64,000 nt of DNA, taken from contig JBNZDD010013677.1 of assembly GCA_050575255.1 (NCBI GenBank), positions 1,578,770 through 1,642,769 on the forward strand, read 5' to 3'. The notes under the pieces were generated by a model that saw nothing but the letters and a program-made list of their open reading frames with translations, was not told the DNA's origin and did not search any database. Position numbers and translations under genes: made by a program. Below are positions 25,217-38,049 of this stretch, one piece after another. Position 1 is the first letter of the stretch, and every line of letters starts with the position of its first letter. Origin of the DNA: Harriotta raleighana (Eukaryota).

Positions 25217-27517
25217 TGGTTCCCAGCACCATTCAGCTCACCACTTACCCCCCCCACCTTTACCCCTCTTGCCCTCCCCTGAACTGTGTGAAGTACTTTT
25301 AAGATCTGTGTAAAGTGCTTTTGAGATGTCCTAACTTAAAAGGCGTCAGGGAAATGTAAACTCAGGTGGATTTCAGGAATTTGGATCAGTACGGGATCTC
25401 ACAAGGCTCGCTCCCCATGGATTGCTTCAATCTCTCAGCAAAATGTTATTTAACAAGAACAACAACACCTTGTATTGATATAGTACCCTCCACGCCAGGT
25501 GGCGTCTCAGGACGCTTAACAATGGCGGAGCCCAAGGTCAAGTCTAGGGGAAGGGGAGGTGACCGTAGGTGTGGTCGAAGGGAAAGGTCTTCTGGTACAA
25601 CCTGAAGATGGGGAAGGAGGGGATGAGGCAAAGAGATTGAGGGAGGGAGTTCCAAAGTTTTGGGGAATAGTGGATGAAAGTACAGCCACCAATGGTGGAG
25701 TGAGGATTTGGTGGGGGACGAAGAGGAGACCACACATTTACTATTATTAAAGAGCTGATCATGCCATCGGTTCCTTAATCACATCAAAACCCAGCCTGAT
25801 TTCCACAGTCTCCATGAATCCCTAGGTGGGAACTGGAATAATAACACCAGGGGTTTGATTTAAAGGAATGTAGAGCAGGAAATGTAAATCAGCCTTCACA
25901 CCACTGCCTGAGGAAGTGGAGAGGCTTTGCTGTGGTCTCTCGCTCTAGTATGAAAGCCTTGGCTCAGGTGCCAGGTCCAAGCTTTAAATCTCTGGCAATT
26001 TCTGCTGTTTAAGGTTCAGGAAGGCCAATGCGTTTGTTTTCCCTCCGCTTCTTGCGAGAGTAGAAGTTATGACTTTGTGACTGTTGCTAGCTGCTGGCTC
26101 AGCAGATTAAAGCCAGTTATTTCACATGACGAGACGTGTTGCTGATCCGCTCCGCAGAAAAACGCTGAGGTCAAGCCTGCAACATTTGACAACTCATTTC
26201 TTCTGTTAATTAATGCAGAATTGTCTTATGAAATAACCCACACTTGACCTGCCTTATTGCTTGATAAATCTGTTTGCTGTCTGTGGGGCCTGCGTGTGAG
26301 TCCTGTTCTGGGCACAGTTCAGATGTCCTGTGCCCCCATTGTGTGTCTCCATTTACTCTGAAAGTANTGGTTCCCAGCACCATTCAGCTCACCACTTACC
26401 CCCCCCACCTTTACCCCTCTTGCCCTCCCCTGAACTGTGTGAAGTACTTTTAAGATCTGTGTAAAGTGCTTTTGAGATGTCCTAACTTAAAAGGCGTCAG
26501 GGAAATGTAAACTCAGGTGGATTTCAGGAATTTGGATCAGTACGGGATCTCACAAGGCTCGCTCCCCATGGATTGCTTCAATCTCTCAGCAAAATGTTAT
26601 TTAACAAGAACAACAACACCTTGTATTGATATAGTACCCTCCACGCCAGGTGGCGTCTCAGGACGCTTAACAATGGCGGAGCCCAAGGTCAAGTCTAGGG
26701 GAAGGGGAGGTGACCGTAGGTGTGGTCGAAGGGAAAGGTCTTGTGGTACAACCTGAAGATGGGGAAGGAGGGGATGAGGCAAAGAGATTGAGGGAGGGAG
26801 TTCCAAAGTTTTGGGGAATAGTGGATGAAAGTACAGCCACCAATGGTGGAGTGAGGATTTGGTGGGGGACGAAGAGGAGACCACACATTTATTATTATTA
26901 AAGAGCTGATCATGCCATCGGTTCCTTAATCACATCAAAACCCAGCCTGATTTCCACAGTCTCCATGAATCTCTAGGTGGGAACTGGAATAATAACACCA
27001 GGGGTTTGATTTAAAGGAATGTAGAGCAGGAAATGTAAATCAGCCTTCACACCACTGCCTGAGGAAGTGGAGAGGCTTTGCTGTGGTCTCTCGCTCTAGT
27101 ATGAAAGCCTTGGCTCAGGTGCCAGGTCCAAGCTTTAAATCTCTGGCAATTTCTGCTGTTTAAGGTTCAGGAAGGCCAATGCGTTTGTTTTCCCTCCGCT
27201 TCTTGCGAGAGTAGAAGTTATGACTTTGTGACTGTTGCTAGCTGCTGGCTCAGCAGATTAAAGCCAGTTATTTCACATGACGAGACGTGTTGCTGATCCG
27301 CTCCGCAGAAAAACGCTGAGGTCAAGCCTGCAACATTTGACAACTCATTTCTTCTGTTAATTAATGCAGAATTGTCTTATGAAATAACCCACACTTGACC
27401 TGCCTTATTGCTTGATAAATCTGTTTGCTGTCTGTGGGGCCTGCGTGTGAGTCCTGTTCTGGGCACAGTTCAGATGTCCTGTGCCCCCATTGTGTGTCTC
27501 CATTTACTCTGAAAGTA
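25217..27517. repeat. 1150-bp direct duplication split by a single N (probable unmerged contig overlap)
   Basis: 25217-26366 matches 26368-27517 with 3 substitutions that I could see; N at 26367. Confidence 0.93.
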
Positions 27518-30500
27518 ATACTGAAATAGCTTCCTACAATTAACAAACTTGTATCTCTATCTCCATGTATTCTGTCCATCCTATTCTCCAATGGCCCCCT
27601 TGCTCTTCTGACACTGACTAGTTCACAGGTACAGAGCATATGTCAGCCTGCACATTCCTGATGTGTGAGCCGAGGCACTGAGGGTGTAATATTTAGTTCA
27701 TCATTATCAGCTGTGATCTAGTTTGTAAATTTTCGTCATTATTTTAGACTCATCACATCCTCCAACTCTAAGCAATAGAGCTCAAGTCTGTCCAATGCCT
27801 CATCACAGATTAGCGTCTTCATCTCAAAGCAAGATAACAAAATGAAACGTGTCACATAAAGAAAACACTCATCGCATCAGTCTTCAACTAATTTCACATC
27901 CAGTGATCTGCCACAAGAAACTATGGTGTCTAGGGAGAACAGTACAAATGATGCCCCCCTGGTTAGTCCCATAAATAGATGTAACTGCTGATCTGACTTA
28001 CTGCGCACCCTGGAAGCCTCGGAGAAGAAGATGGGAAAAAGTAGAGCTGTACCTGAGGTCTAAAAATATCTTGTTATTCCAAACAAAAAGTGAGATGTGA
28101 GCTTGGAATTTGTGAACCAGTTTAAGTAAGTAATAATAATTAAAAATCTTTGCATTTGATAAAGCTCCTTATCACATCTTCAAGATGTCTCAAAGCGCTT
28201 CGCAGAATATACTGGAAAGTGAATTGACTGTATATTTTGTACAGCCTGGAACAAAGCCATTCAGCCCATGGTGTCTGCGCTGGCTCTTTTAAGGAGCAAA
28301 CCTTTGTGTCGGTGACAGATTTCAACAGATGACATGAAATAGGAACACTTTTCCACTTCCCATAATTGTGCGCAATTGGCTGCTGCGTCTCTCCCACAAA
28401 ATATCCAGTCAATTCACTTTACAGGATATTTTGTGAAGTGCTTCGAGACGTCTACAAGATGCTGCATCAAATTCAAGGATGATGAGTATTATTGTTATTA
28501 ATATCCTTCACATTCACATACACATGAGAAACATGTGAATTTAACAAAATGAGTTGCAAAAATAGAAATGCCTGATATTTGTACTCTTGAGACTCCCTCC
28601 GTGGAAATGAACATCCAAATCGCCTTGAATCTTTTTAAAATCAGTTCTCACAGCTCATGGTGGTGCGCAGCGATCGGTGATAAAGAGCTGTGGCTCCTGC
28701 GCAGTGACAGAGGACCTGTGGTGAAGCTTTCTGGAGAGTGCTGCAGTTTTAATAGCTAAAGAATTGATTTATTTGAACGCCTGTACCAAGATGCGCCAGA
28801 CTCAGGCTGAGGTTTGTCGATCTGTGAAGAGGAAAGTTTTGTGTTATATAGTCCGAACTCCCAGGAGTGGCAGGAGTGATTTGTAGGAAGGTTGTGTTAT
28901 GTCATCTCTCTTCTCTGCCTCCTCCAGTTGTGCTTGCGTCAGCATTTCTCCTGCTTGTTGAATTGATTTTTTTTAAAAAGAAAGAAATTATAACTTATAT
29001 GCTCAACTTTCTGTATCTTCCACCCAATTAATAACAGGGTAATGTTCTTTGATTCACAACAATTCTATTTCTGTGGGAAAGAATGGTATATTTTGCATTT
29101 TGCTGTGTTTGGGATGGGTTGGAGGTGGGGGAAGATTGTGTATGGGAGACAGGTTGTGGGATAGGTATAATGGTGAGTTGCCTTTGTATCCATTTGTGTG
29201 TGTGCACATGTTTGGGGGGAAATGGGTACAGTGTGTGTGAGAGAGAGAGATTTTGACCTAGTTCCCCCAAACACAGACCCTCTGCTTCTTTCCAATGAAC
29301 CACTTCTGAATCGATGTCCATGTCTTGCCCTTCATAATAATAATTATATTAATAATAATCCTTGCATTTGATATAGCGCTTTTCACGTCTTCTAGACATC
29401 TCAAAGCGCTTCACAGAACATACTGTAAAGTGACCACAGTTTGTGAAGGAGTCTTTCATGTGTTGCTTTGTTGAACGGCTTTTTGGAACTTTGGATACAC
29501 TGGAGCATATGGCATCCCACAGTGAATTTGTGCTGTCAATGAGATTGGTCAGATACAACTAACCCATGTGGGCTGAGAGGATACGCGCTATTCACTGCCG
29601 GAAATATCAGAAAATTGGTGTGACCCCCCCATCCCTATTATATAGTCAAACGATTGAATCTAATTTCAGAATTCTTAAGAGTACCCTGTCATGGAGAAAT
29701 GTCTCAAAGCACTTCACAAGAAGTTATAGTTAAATATAATCACTATTTTGTTATCTGTGATACGGCACAGAACCAAGCTGTTTGGTCAGACTCGTCAGTG
29801 CCGGTGCTTACTGTCCACATGGGCTCGATAAGCACACTATTTCCCTCTTGTACCCCACTATTCCCTTCTATCTCGTATTCATGGGTTTTCTCTTAAACAA
29901 GTCATACTTTTTACTTCAATCACACCTTGGGGCAAATTGCATGGGCTTTGGAACATACTCCCGATGTGAAAGCACTACTGTATATAGATACCAATGTAAA
30001 TCATACAGCTTCCAGCAATGAGATCCATTCTCACCACCCTCTGCATTAAGGAGGTCTTCCTGTTCAATCTGTTCCTGGCTATATTGATGTCCTCCTGTTT
30101 TGCACTCACTTTTATATGTAAGAGCTGTAGCCATAAACACTAGCAAGGTCAGGCAGAGCTATGAGGTAAATGACCAATTAATCTGGCAAATTGTTTGCAA
30201 AGAAAATGTCCAAAAAATAGCTGAAACTCCCTTGTCTTTTTCAGTTATGTTGGGGGAATCTTTAACGTTCACCTGAATGGGCAGATTTGCAATGTTGCTG
30301 CTCTGACAATATACAGAGATCAAATCCGTTTGATGTTAGGTCTAAATCTAATGATGCACAAGTGGAATATTGAGTGTGAGATGGAAATATTTAATGGAAA
30401 ACGGGGCTAACTGCCATCCCAATGAACTCTACTCATCAGTGGACCCACTGCTTTAAGTACCCTGCCTGACCTGTCCTACCATTGGCGGGTGAGCTTTCAA

Positions 30501-31699
30501 CAAATTGCCATCTGTCCTCGCTCTTTGGAATTCCATCTTTTGCCCCGTATCTCAACCACTCCCTGCACTGTTAAAACCTACCTTAAGATCTATCTTTTTA
30601 ACTCTGCTTTTGGTCACCTTTCCACCCACCCCAGCTCCTACCAGCACCTGCCTGGGCAGCCAGTCAGCCCTGTGAAGCCCTTTGCAATGTCTCGTAACAT
30701 GAAAGATACTATACAAGTGTAACATCGTTGTTGTTGAAGGTTTGGAGGTTACTGCCACTGCAGATAAAGTCACTGGATGCTGATTTCCAACTTGTGGCCT
30801 GCAGCGATTCAATAATTTGACATTAACACAGAAAGCACAGCACAAACACCAGATTGAAATCCAACGCTTCAATCACCAGCTCTGCTCCCAAACCCACCCC
30901 AGCGACACAAGTGAACTGCACTTCAGGCAGTTTGTTGCGGTTTGTTGCAAATGAACTTTTAAACTTCAAAAATGAACAGAGGATTCTTACGGCCGACTCG
31001 CACACTGAGGCCTTTCATACTTTTGGTCTGGGCTGGATGGAGCCAACACTTCCTATCCCCTCAGCCATTCAGTCCCAGCTCAGTGTGTTTGTGCATGTTA
31101 TTAACTGCAGTGTAAAGGGTATAGATTGCCATTGATGCTGGGCATCCTCAGCGCTTGTGGGGTCTGAAATGCAGTGACTCTACAGCATTTCTTTAGCAGT
31201 TTAAATGCTCTGGGACACTATCCAACATGGGGGACGCTACATAAATGGAAGAAGTTGTTGCTGTTGCTGCTGCTAGAATTGTATCCGCCCCATCCCTCCT
31301 ACCTCCACCTTCAAGTTCCGCCTCAAGACCCTCCTCTTTGACAGTCCCATCGGTCACCCCAAATCTCCTCCTTTCCCTCTACCCTCCCTGATCCTAGCTT
31401 GGGTCTGAAACATTGACTTGAGAGGTCCTCCCAACGTGAAAGGCGCTATACAAATGTAATTGTGTTGTTGTGTTTGCTGTGTAAAATCACTGACTGCATT
31501 TTGGTTGTGAACTGAGAAAAGGACCAAAAGGTCAGATAAAAAACTTGTAAAAGCAAAAGAGATTGTGAAATTTTTCATTGTTTCGTAGTAAAATGAGTGC
31601 AAACCAGAAGCTACAATCACTGTAACAGAGATTTGTGGCTTGTACACATCCATTATCCAGGGACTTGTCAGTTTGTTTTTCTGTTATCTTGGTACACTT

Positions 31700-32293
31700 T
31701 GTCGTCCTCATTCAAGCCTTTATCACCTCCAAGCTTGACTATGTCGGCCTTCCCAATTCCTCCCTTCACAGACTGCAGAACATTCAGAATTCTGCAGCTT
31801 ATGTACTCTTCCGCACCAGGCTTCGTGACCACATCACTCCCACCCTCGCACATCCCCGAGAGGATCAAATTCAAGATCCTCGTCCCCACTTTCAAGGCCA
31901 CTCACGGCCTTGCCCCCGCCTATCTCTCTGACTTGCTGTCTCCCTATCAATCTATCCACACCCTCAGTTCAGCAGACTCAGGCCTGCTCCGTGTCCACCA
32001 CTCTAACTGCCCAACCATCAGTGGCCGGGATTTCAGCCTCTCTGCCCCCACCCTATAGAACTCCATCCCGCAGTCTATCTGCCTTGCTTTCTCCCTTTCC
32101 TCCTTCAAGGCCGGTCTCAAGACCTTCCTCTTCGACCGTGCCTTCGGCTCCCCCCCCCAGCTCTGCCCCCTCTCCCATTCTTCTTCCCCCTCCCATGCCT
32201 TGGGTCCCGACCTGACTGTTTAGCGCTTTGGGACATCCTCCCAATGTGAAAAGCGCTGTACAAGTGGAATTTTGTTGTTTGTTGTTGTTGTTT
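31700..32293 (+). mobile_element. 5'-truncated L2 LINE (RT C-terminus + 3' UTR + (TTG)n tail)
   Basis: LIQAFITSKLDY...LQNIQNSAA...DHITPTL, then RIKFKILVPTFKATHGLAPAYLSDLL; ends agcgctttgggacatcctcc...gttgtttgttgttgttg. Confidence 0.92.
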
Positions 32294-35200
32294 GTCGCAG
32301 TCTGACTTTGGTTTCAAGAAGCCCCATTAGATACTCGGAGATGATCAGAGATATTATCTGTCGAAAGAGACATTAAATGACAGTCACAATTGAATTAAGA
32401 TGGAATATAAGAATTTTCTACAATTCTACATGAACTTAAATTCCAGGACAAAAGGCTAAAACCCAGTGACATTATAAAAGCTTAATCCAGGAAATTATTG
32501 AATCAATGACGGGAATTCAGCATGAGACATACTGATGTTTGCTGTGTGTAATTGGTTGCTATGTTTCGCCCACAATAAAGTCATTGCACTTTACAGTATA
32601 TTCTGTATTGAGACTCACAACCAAAAAGCTTTGAGACAACTTTNTATACAGTCATTGCACTTTACAGTATATTCTGTATTGAGACTCACAACCAAAAAGC
32701 TTTGAGACAACTTTGAGATGCAAAGATTATTATTTATTATTATTTATCAGACCCAAACATCGGTTTATGAAATGGTCAGTGCTCATTTGTTACATTCCCA
32801 AAAACATTCAGCTCTTTAATTGGCTGAAAGTTTTGTTGGATAATCAACAAGTTCAGGTCTGAGCCCCTTCCCTATCAGCGAACAATGCTTCAGTGCAATT
32901 GTGTATCTTTGGAGAATGGTGTTTTAGAGTAGCTAAAATTAGGAATTCACTTAACTAGTGTCCAGCGAGGAGACACCCAATGTGGGCTCCAGGTCAAGAC
33001 AAGCAACCACAAAATTGGGGAATCCATGTTGGGGACAAAACACTGTGATCAGAGCACTGAGGGGAAATTGGGGAGAATTGGAGGGAATTCACGCCCAAAT
33101 ATGTCAATGTTGAGACAGGTTTGAATATAATTTTTGCGTCCGGTTGTTTATAAAGGACCAGATTGTGTTGGGGAATACTGTGATGTAATGTTGCCCACAC
33201 GGCTGTATGAAACTAGGATGTATGCAATTGATGTAATTCAGGATTTTTTCATCCCAAGGATTAGAGACCCTGTCTCGTTACTGCCTTATTACCCAGCAAC
33301 TAACGCTTAGATGTGGGGTTGATTTGCTCACACCTGCGGGGAGAGAAGGAGGTGTTCGCAGCGCTCATTGTCCTAACAAAGCACGGGGAGAAATCATCCT
33401 CTGTTAACTGAACCCAACAGAAATCCTCACAAAGCGACTTCCATCAGGCAGCTGTCATGGGATATGTTAACCCTTTCCCTTTCCTTAGCTTGCCTCAACC
33501 TACCTCAACATGCTACCAAGAGAGCCCAATATACCACAGCATTTCCCAACATACCCTAACATGCCACAACACTGTGAAATATACACCCAACACACTAGTT
33601 TCAGCTGAGCCTATGTGCACTGCTCTGATGAGGTGCTTGAACGCACAACCATCTGACTCGGAGACGAGAGTGCTACCGATTGAGTCAGACTGGCAAAGCT
33701 GGCACCTAGCTGTGTGTCTCAGTGCCATATTAAATTTCTCTGCTGAGGCACTTACAAGCTACAACCTTGTTCCATAAAATGTGTAATGCAATATTAGTGT
33801 CAAATATATCCGTGCAAATGTGGTAAGTTGTGTTGTATATGGGTACCTGCTGATTCTGCCCCGGGCAGTGAGTTCAGTACCACAATTGGCAGACTGGTTA
33901 CTGTAACGTAGAGACAGACAAAGGGAGCATTCAATGAAGTGCACAAAAGAGGGATTGAGACACAGTCCTGCACAGATTCAAATTATTTGCTCAACTAAAG
34001 ACCACTCACTCAACGTCTCGCTCGCTCTCTAGCCCTGCGTTCTCACACTGGGCAGAAAGGAAGTGGTTTAGATTCTTGAAGTGTTCACTCTCCACAGAAG
34101 AAGCAACTTCAAATGAGAAGTTTGGTCCAGAAGGATATGTTGTGGTGTCAACCTCACCCCCATCCTTCCCAAGGCTTTGCAGTAACAATCTTCATATTTG
34201 ACATAGGACCTTTTAGATCAGGTAGGAAGACATCTCAAAGCACTTCACAAGGTATACAATAAAGTGTAGTGATTGGGAGTGTTTTGTAGACAAACATGAC
34301 AGACAATTTGCCTACAGCAATGATACACAAACAGTGGACAATTTTTATTTGGGGAATTGTTGGCTCCAATTAAGGCTGTTTCAGCCTCTCTGCCCCCCAC
34401 TCTGCGAGTCACTTCACCTCGCTTCTTCCCCTGCCTCCTTCAAGCCCAGTCTCAAGACCCTGCTTTTCTATTGAGCCTTCTGCTACCCTCCCTCCCTCCC
34501 CCCAACCCTGCCACTCCCCACTACATTGCCCCTCCCCATTGCTCATGTCTCGTCCCCTGGAGGTTCAGTGCCTTGGAAAGTCCTCCCAACGTGCAAGGCG
34601 TTCTATAAATGTAATGTTGTTGTCGGGTGGGTTGAACCCCATCTGAAGGATTGCACTTCCAACTATGCAACACATGCCCAGCACTAAAGTGGAGCGTTGC
34701 CCTAGACTGTGAGGTCAAAATAACGACAAAAGGCTTGAACCTACAATCTGGGTTGTAAATTCAAATCTTGAAATGGGTCTTGAACCCATAATCTTCCAAA
34801 CAAGAGACAAAAGTTGACATCTCAATTTGAGCTGAGGCTACCAGAGGCTTCCATCTCAGAAAGACACAGATCTCTGTGATGTACATCCTCACCCTGAAAC
34901 CCTAAGGGCACTGTTCCTGTCACAGAGCTAAGAGGAAACAGGGGCCATAGGATTTCTCTGAAGGGCTGCATGGTGTCTGTCAGCACCTTTGCTCTGCACT
35001 GCTGTGAGCTCATGCCCTGTGTCATTAGGTCAGAAGAAGTGATGTGTTGTAAACACAAGTTGAGGAATCTCTTGCTCCCGTCAGCAATAACTGTCTCCAG
35101 TGCATTCATGGGAGCAATTCTATCTTGGTAAAGAGAGAGAGAGAAAGGGAGAGAGACAGTACAATACACATAGGGTGAGTGGACATCCCCAACAACAACA

Positions 35201-35651
35201 AATTTGATTTATATAGCGCCCTCCATGCCGGATGGCATCTCACCTATTCTTCACAATCCCAGTATCTCTCTCTGGAATTCAGCAAGCCTTTCTTGGAGTA
35301 CCATGACCCTATCTTCCATCCTCACTCCCGATTTCACGTCTGGGTATTTGCCAGGTAGATACAAGGAGGGGAACAGACTACAAGAGAAGGTTTGAAATTC
35401 CTTCCCACGAATGGTTATTGAGGCTGTATCAATACAGTCATCCAAACAGGTTTGCGGTTGCATAGCTGAGCAGTAAGAATGTTAAGGAATGTAGAGGAGA
35501 GCTGGAAAGGATTCACTTTTTAAGAAAAATAATGTTGTAAAAGTGGCACAGAGTCTATGGGCCAAATGACCTTGTGTACAGAATATTTCTATGGTTCTGG
35601 TGAGTTTCTGCGAGGGATCATAAATACCGTATATTCTATAATATTGATAAC

Positions 35652-36006
35652 GTGGAGCTCCTGTGGCTAGAGCACTTGTGGCTAGTGGTTAGAGCACTTG
35701 CCTTACATGCCTTAAAAGCATGAGATCTGTGTTCGAATCCAGGCAGATCAGGGCGAAACATTGGGCAAGTTTCCTTACTCCACATGGCTAATAATAATCC
35801 CTCCAAAAAAAACACAATAATAAAATTGTTCATTTCAATCCAGGACTGTTTGTGGGACACTGCTGTGTGCAATTGGCTGCCACATTCCGCCCACAAAAAA
35901 TATATACAGTCAATTCACTTTACAATATATTCTGTAAAGCGCTTTGGGACGTTGATAAGATGTGAAAAGCGCTATATCAAATGCAAGGATTATTATTATT
36001 ATTATT
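35652..36006 (+). mobile_element. tRNA-derived SINE, short form, full length
   Basis: Head with small internal duplications, intact body, long (ATT)n tail. Confidence 0.92.
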
Positions 36007-37349
36007 AATAACACAATTTTACAATTTTGCTGCAAAGTCCTGAGATAAACCTTTGTCTTTGTCTCCCTCGACAGCAGATAAAGGAAAGAGAGGAATGCTG
36101 ATCCCAGTTCTGGGACAGTTCTATTTGTGCACAGGTGACATTGCCATAACATTCAAATGCAAACAACGAAAACAAATTACATTTGCATAGAGCATTTAAC
36201 ATCGGGAGGACATCCAAATACGCTATAAAGTTCAGGGTTTGCACCCGAGTTGGTGAATGGAATCAAAAGGGATGGAGGGCAGGGGCAGGGTGTGTGGGGG
36301 GAATGTGGCCATGGGTACAGTCAGCGAGGAAGGTCTTGAGATGGATCTTGAAGGAGGCAAAGGGGAGGCGAAGGGATTTGGGAATGGTGTTCCAGAGGAT
36401 GGGGACAGAAAAGTCTCATTACAAATCCAACCAGACGAAAATGGATTATCTTACCTTCCCTCCAGCCTGCCCGTTAATTATGATCATAAGCACCCATTAT
36501 ATTCCGCACTATTGCAGAACATAGGAATGCCCAAATCCTCTGCTAACAGTCCTCAGCACAATACAACCTGCTTAAAGCTTTTCAAGAAATCCCCACAGAA
36601 TGAAGGCGCAAAGTTGATGGAAAATATCAATAGAAAAATTGCATTGGACCAGTGGAGTAAACAGGAATACTGCAGTATTTGTTGCCATCACTAGATGAGT
36701 GTTTGCTAACTGCGTAGCTCAACAAGAGCCTCGAGTAGTAAATATATGCTAAACAGGTTCTTTGGGGACATTCGGCAATCTGGAGACAATAGAAAACCAA
36801 CAAAGATCCAAGAATGTGCCCATAAACAATATCTCTACCATGATTCCTATGTGTCATGTAAGAAGTGTGGAATCATTACATTTTTAATCCACAAACGATC
36901 ATTTATTCACTTGTTCCCTATTGCATGCTTTAATGAACTTCAGGCTACTTCTCTGGATGTTTTCTTTTGCAAAACGTTGCCTACAGGCTAATTTCCAGTG
37001 ACCTCAGCTTATGCTGAGCAGCAGTAATTTGACAGAGATCTGTATAGGCAGTTTCTTTATGCGATTTGATCTGTTTTCCATTCTCTGCTCCTTTTTTACT
37101 CCCAAGTCCCACCAATCCCGGAAGAGCAGTAGTTAGATTTGCTGGACTGCAGGATTGCATATCTTCGGGTGATTGAATCAAATTACGGTTTGTCCGTAAA
37201 TGCTGAGATTGCGTAAACATTAGAACAGTTTTTTTCAAAAGTGGTCCAGTAAAATTTCTGCTTCAATCATCCCTTTTCAGGCAATGTTAATTTTCAGCCA
37301 CAAAAGAAGAATCCTCACTTTTACTTTTGTCTTCCACCCAATGATAGTA

Positions 37350-37673
37350 AAAATCCTTGCATTTGATTTAATCCTTGCATTCGATATAGCGCTTTTCACG
37401 TCTTCTAGACATCTCAAAGCACTTCACAGAATATACTGTAAAGTGAATTGATTGTATTTGTGGGCGAAACATGGCAGCCAATTGTGCACAGCATTGACCC
37501 ACAAACAATAGTGGATTGAAAATTACCAATTTATTATTGTTTCATTTTATGAAGAATTATTACTAGGCGGGTGGAGTAAGGAAACTTGCTCAAGGTTTTG
37601 TCCTGCCTGGAATCGAACCCAGGTCTCTCACTTGTAAGCTGAGTGCTCTAACCATTGAGCTACAGGACTCCAC
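37350..37673 (-). mobile_element. tRNA-derived SINE, short form, full length
   Basis: Reverse-complement family match ending gagctacaggactccac. Confidence 0.92.
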
Positions 37674-37697
37674 AAGTACGGATGTGATGCTGATGAA

Positions 37698-37870
37698 ATC
37701 ATATTCAAGACTGAGATTGATAGATTTCTAAAGGATAGATGAATTAAGGGATATGGGGATATGGTGGGTAAATGGAATTATGTTAGAAGATCAGCCATGA
37801 TCTTACTAAATGGTGGGGCAGGCTAGAGGGGCTGAATGGCCTACTCCTGCTCCAATTTCTTATGTTCTTA
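37698..37870 (+). mobile_element. CR1 3' end fragment
   Basis: atattcaagactgagattgatagatttc...cctactcctgctccaatttcttatgttctta. Confidence 0.85.
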
Positions 37871-38049
37871 GCAATAAATAATAATAATCCTTAAATTTGT
37901 TGTCACGCCTTTCATGTCAGTAAAATAACCGAAAGCACTTCAGAGGATATACTGTAAAGTGGAATGACTGTGTGTTGTGAGGTCAAATGTGGCAACCAAT
38001 TAAACTTATACCAATGTCCCATAAACAGCTATGATTCATCAATGCCAAA

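Noticed and set aside
25217-27517. Real segmental duplication with duplicated ORFs
   Set aside because: The single-N junction and near identity point to an assembly overlap; the ORFs are L2-derived noise.
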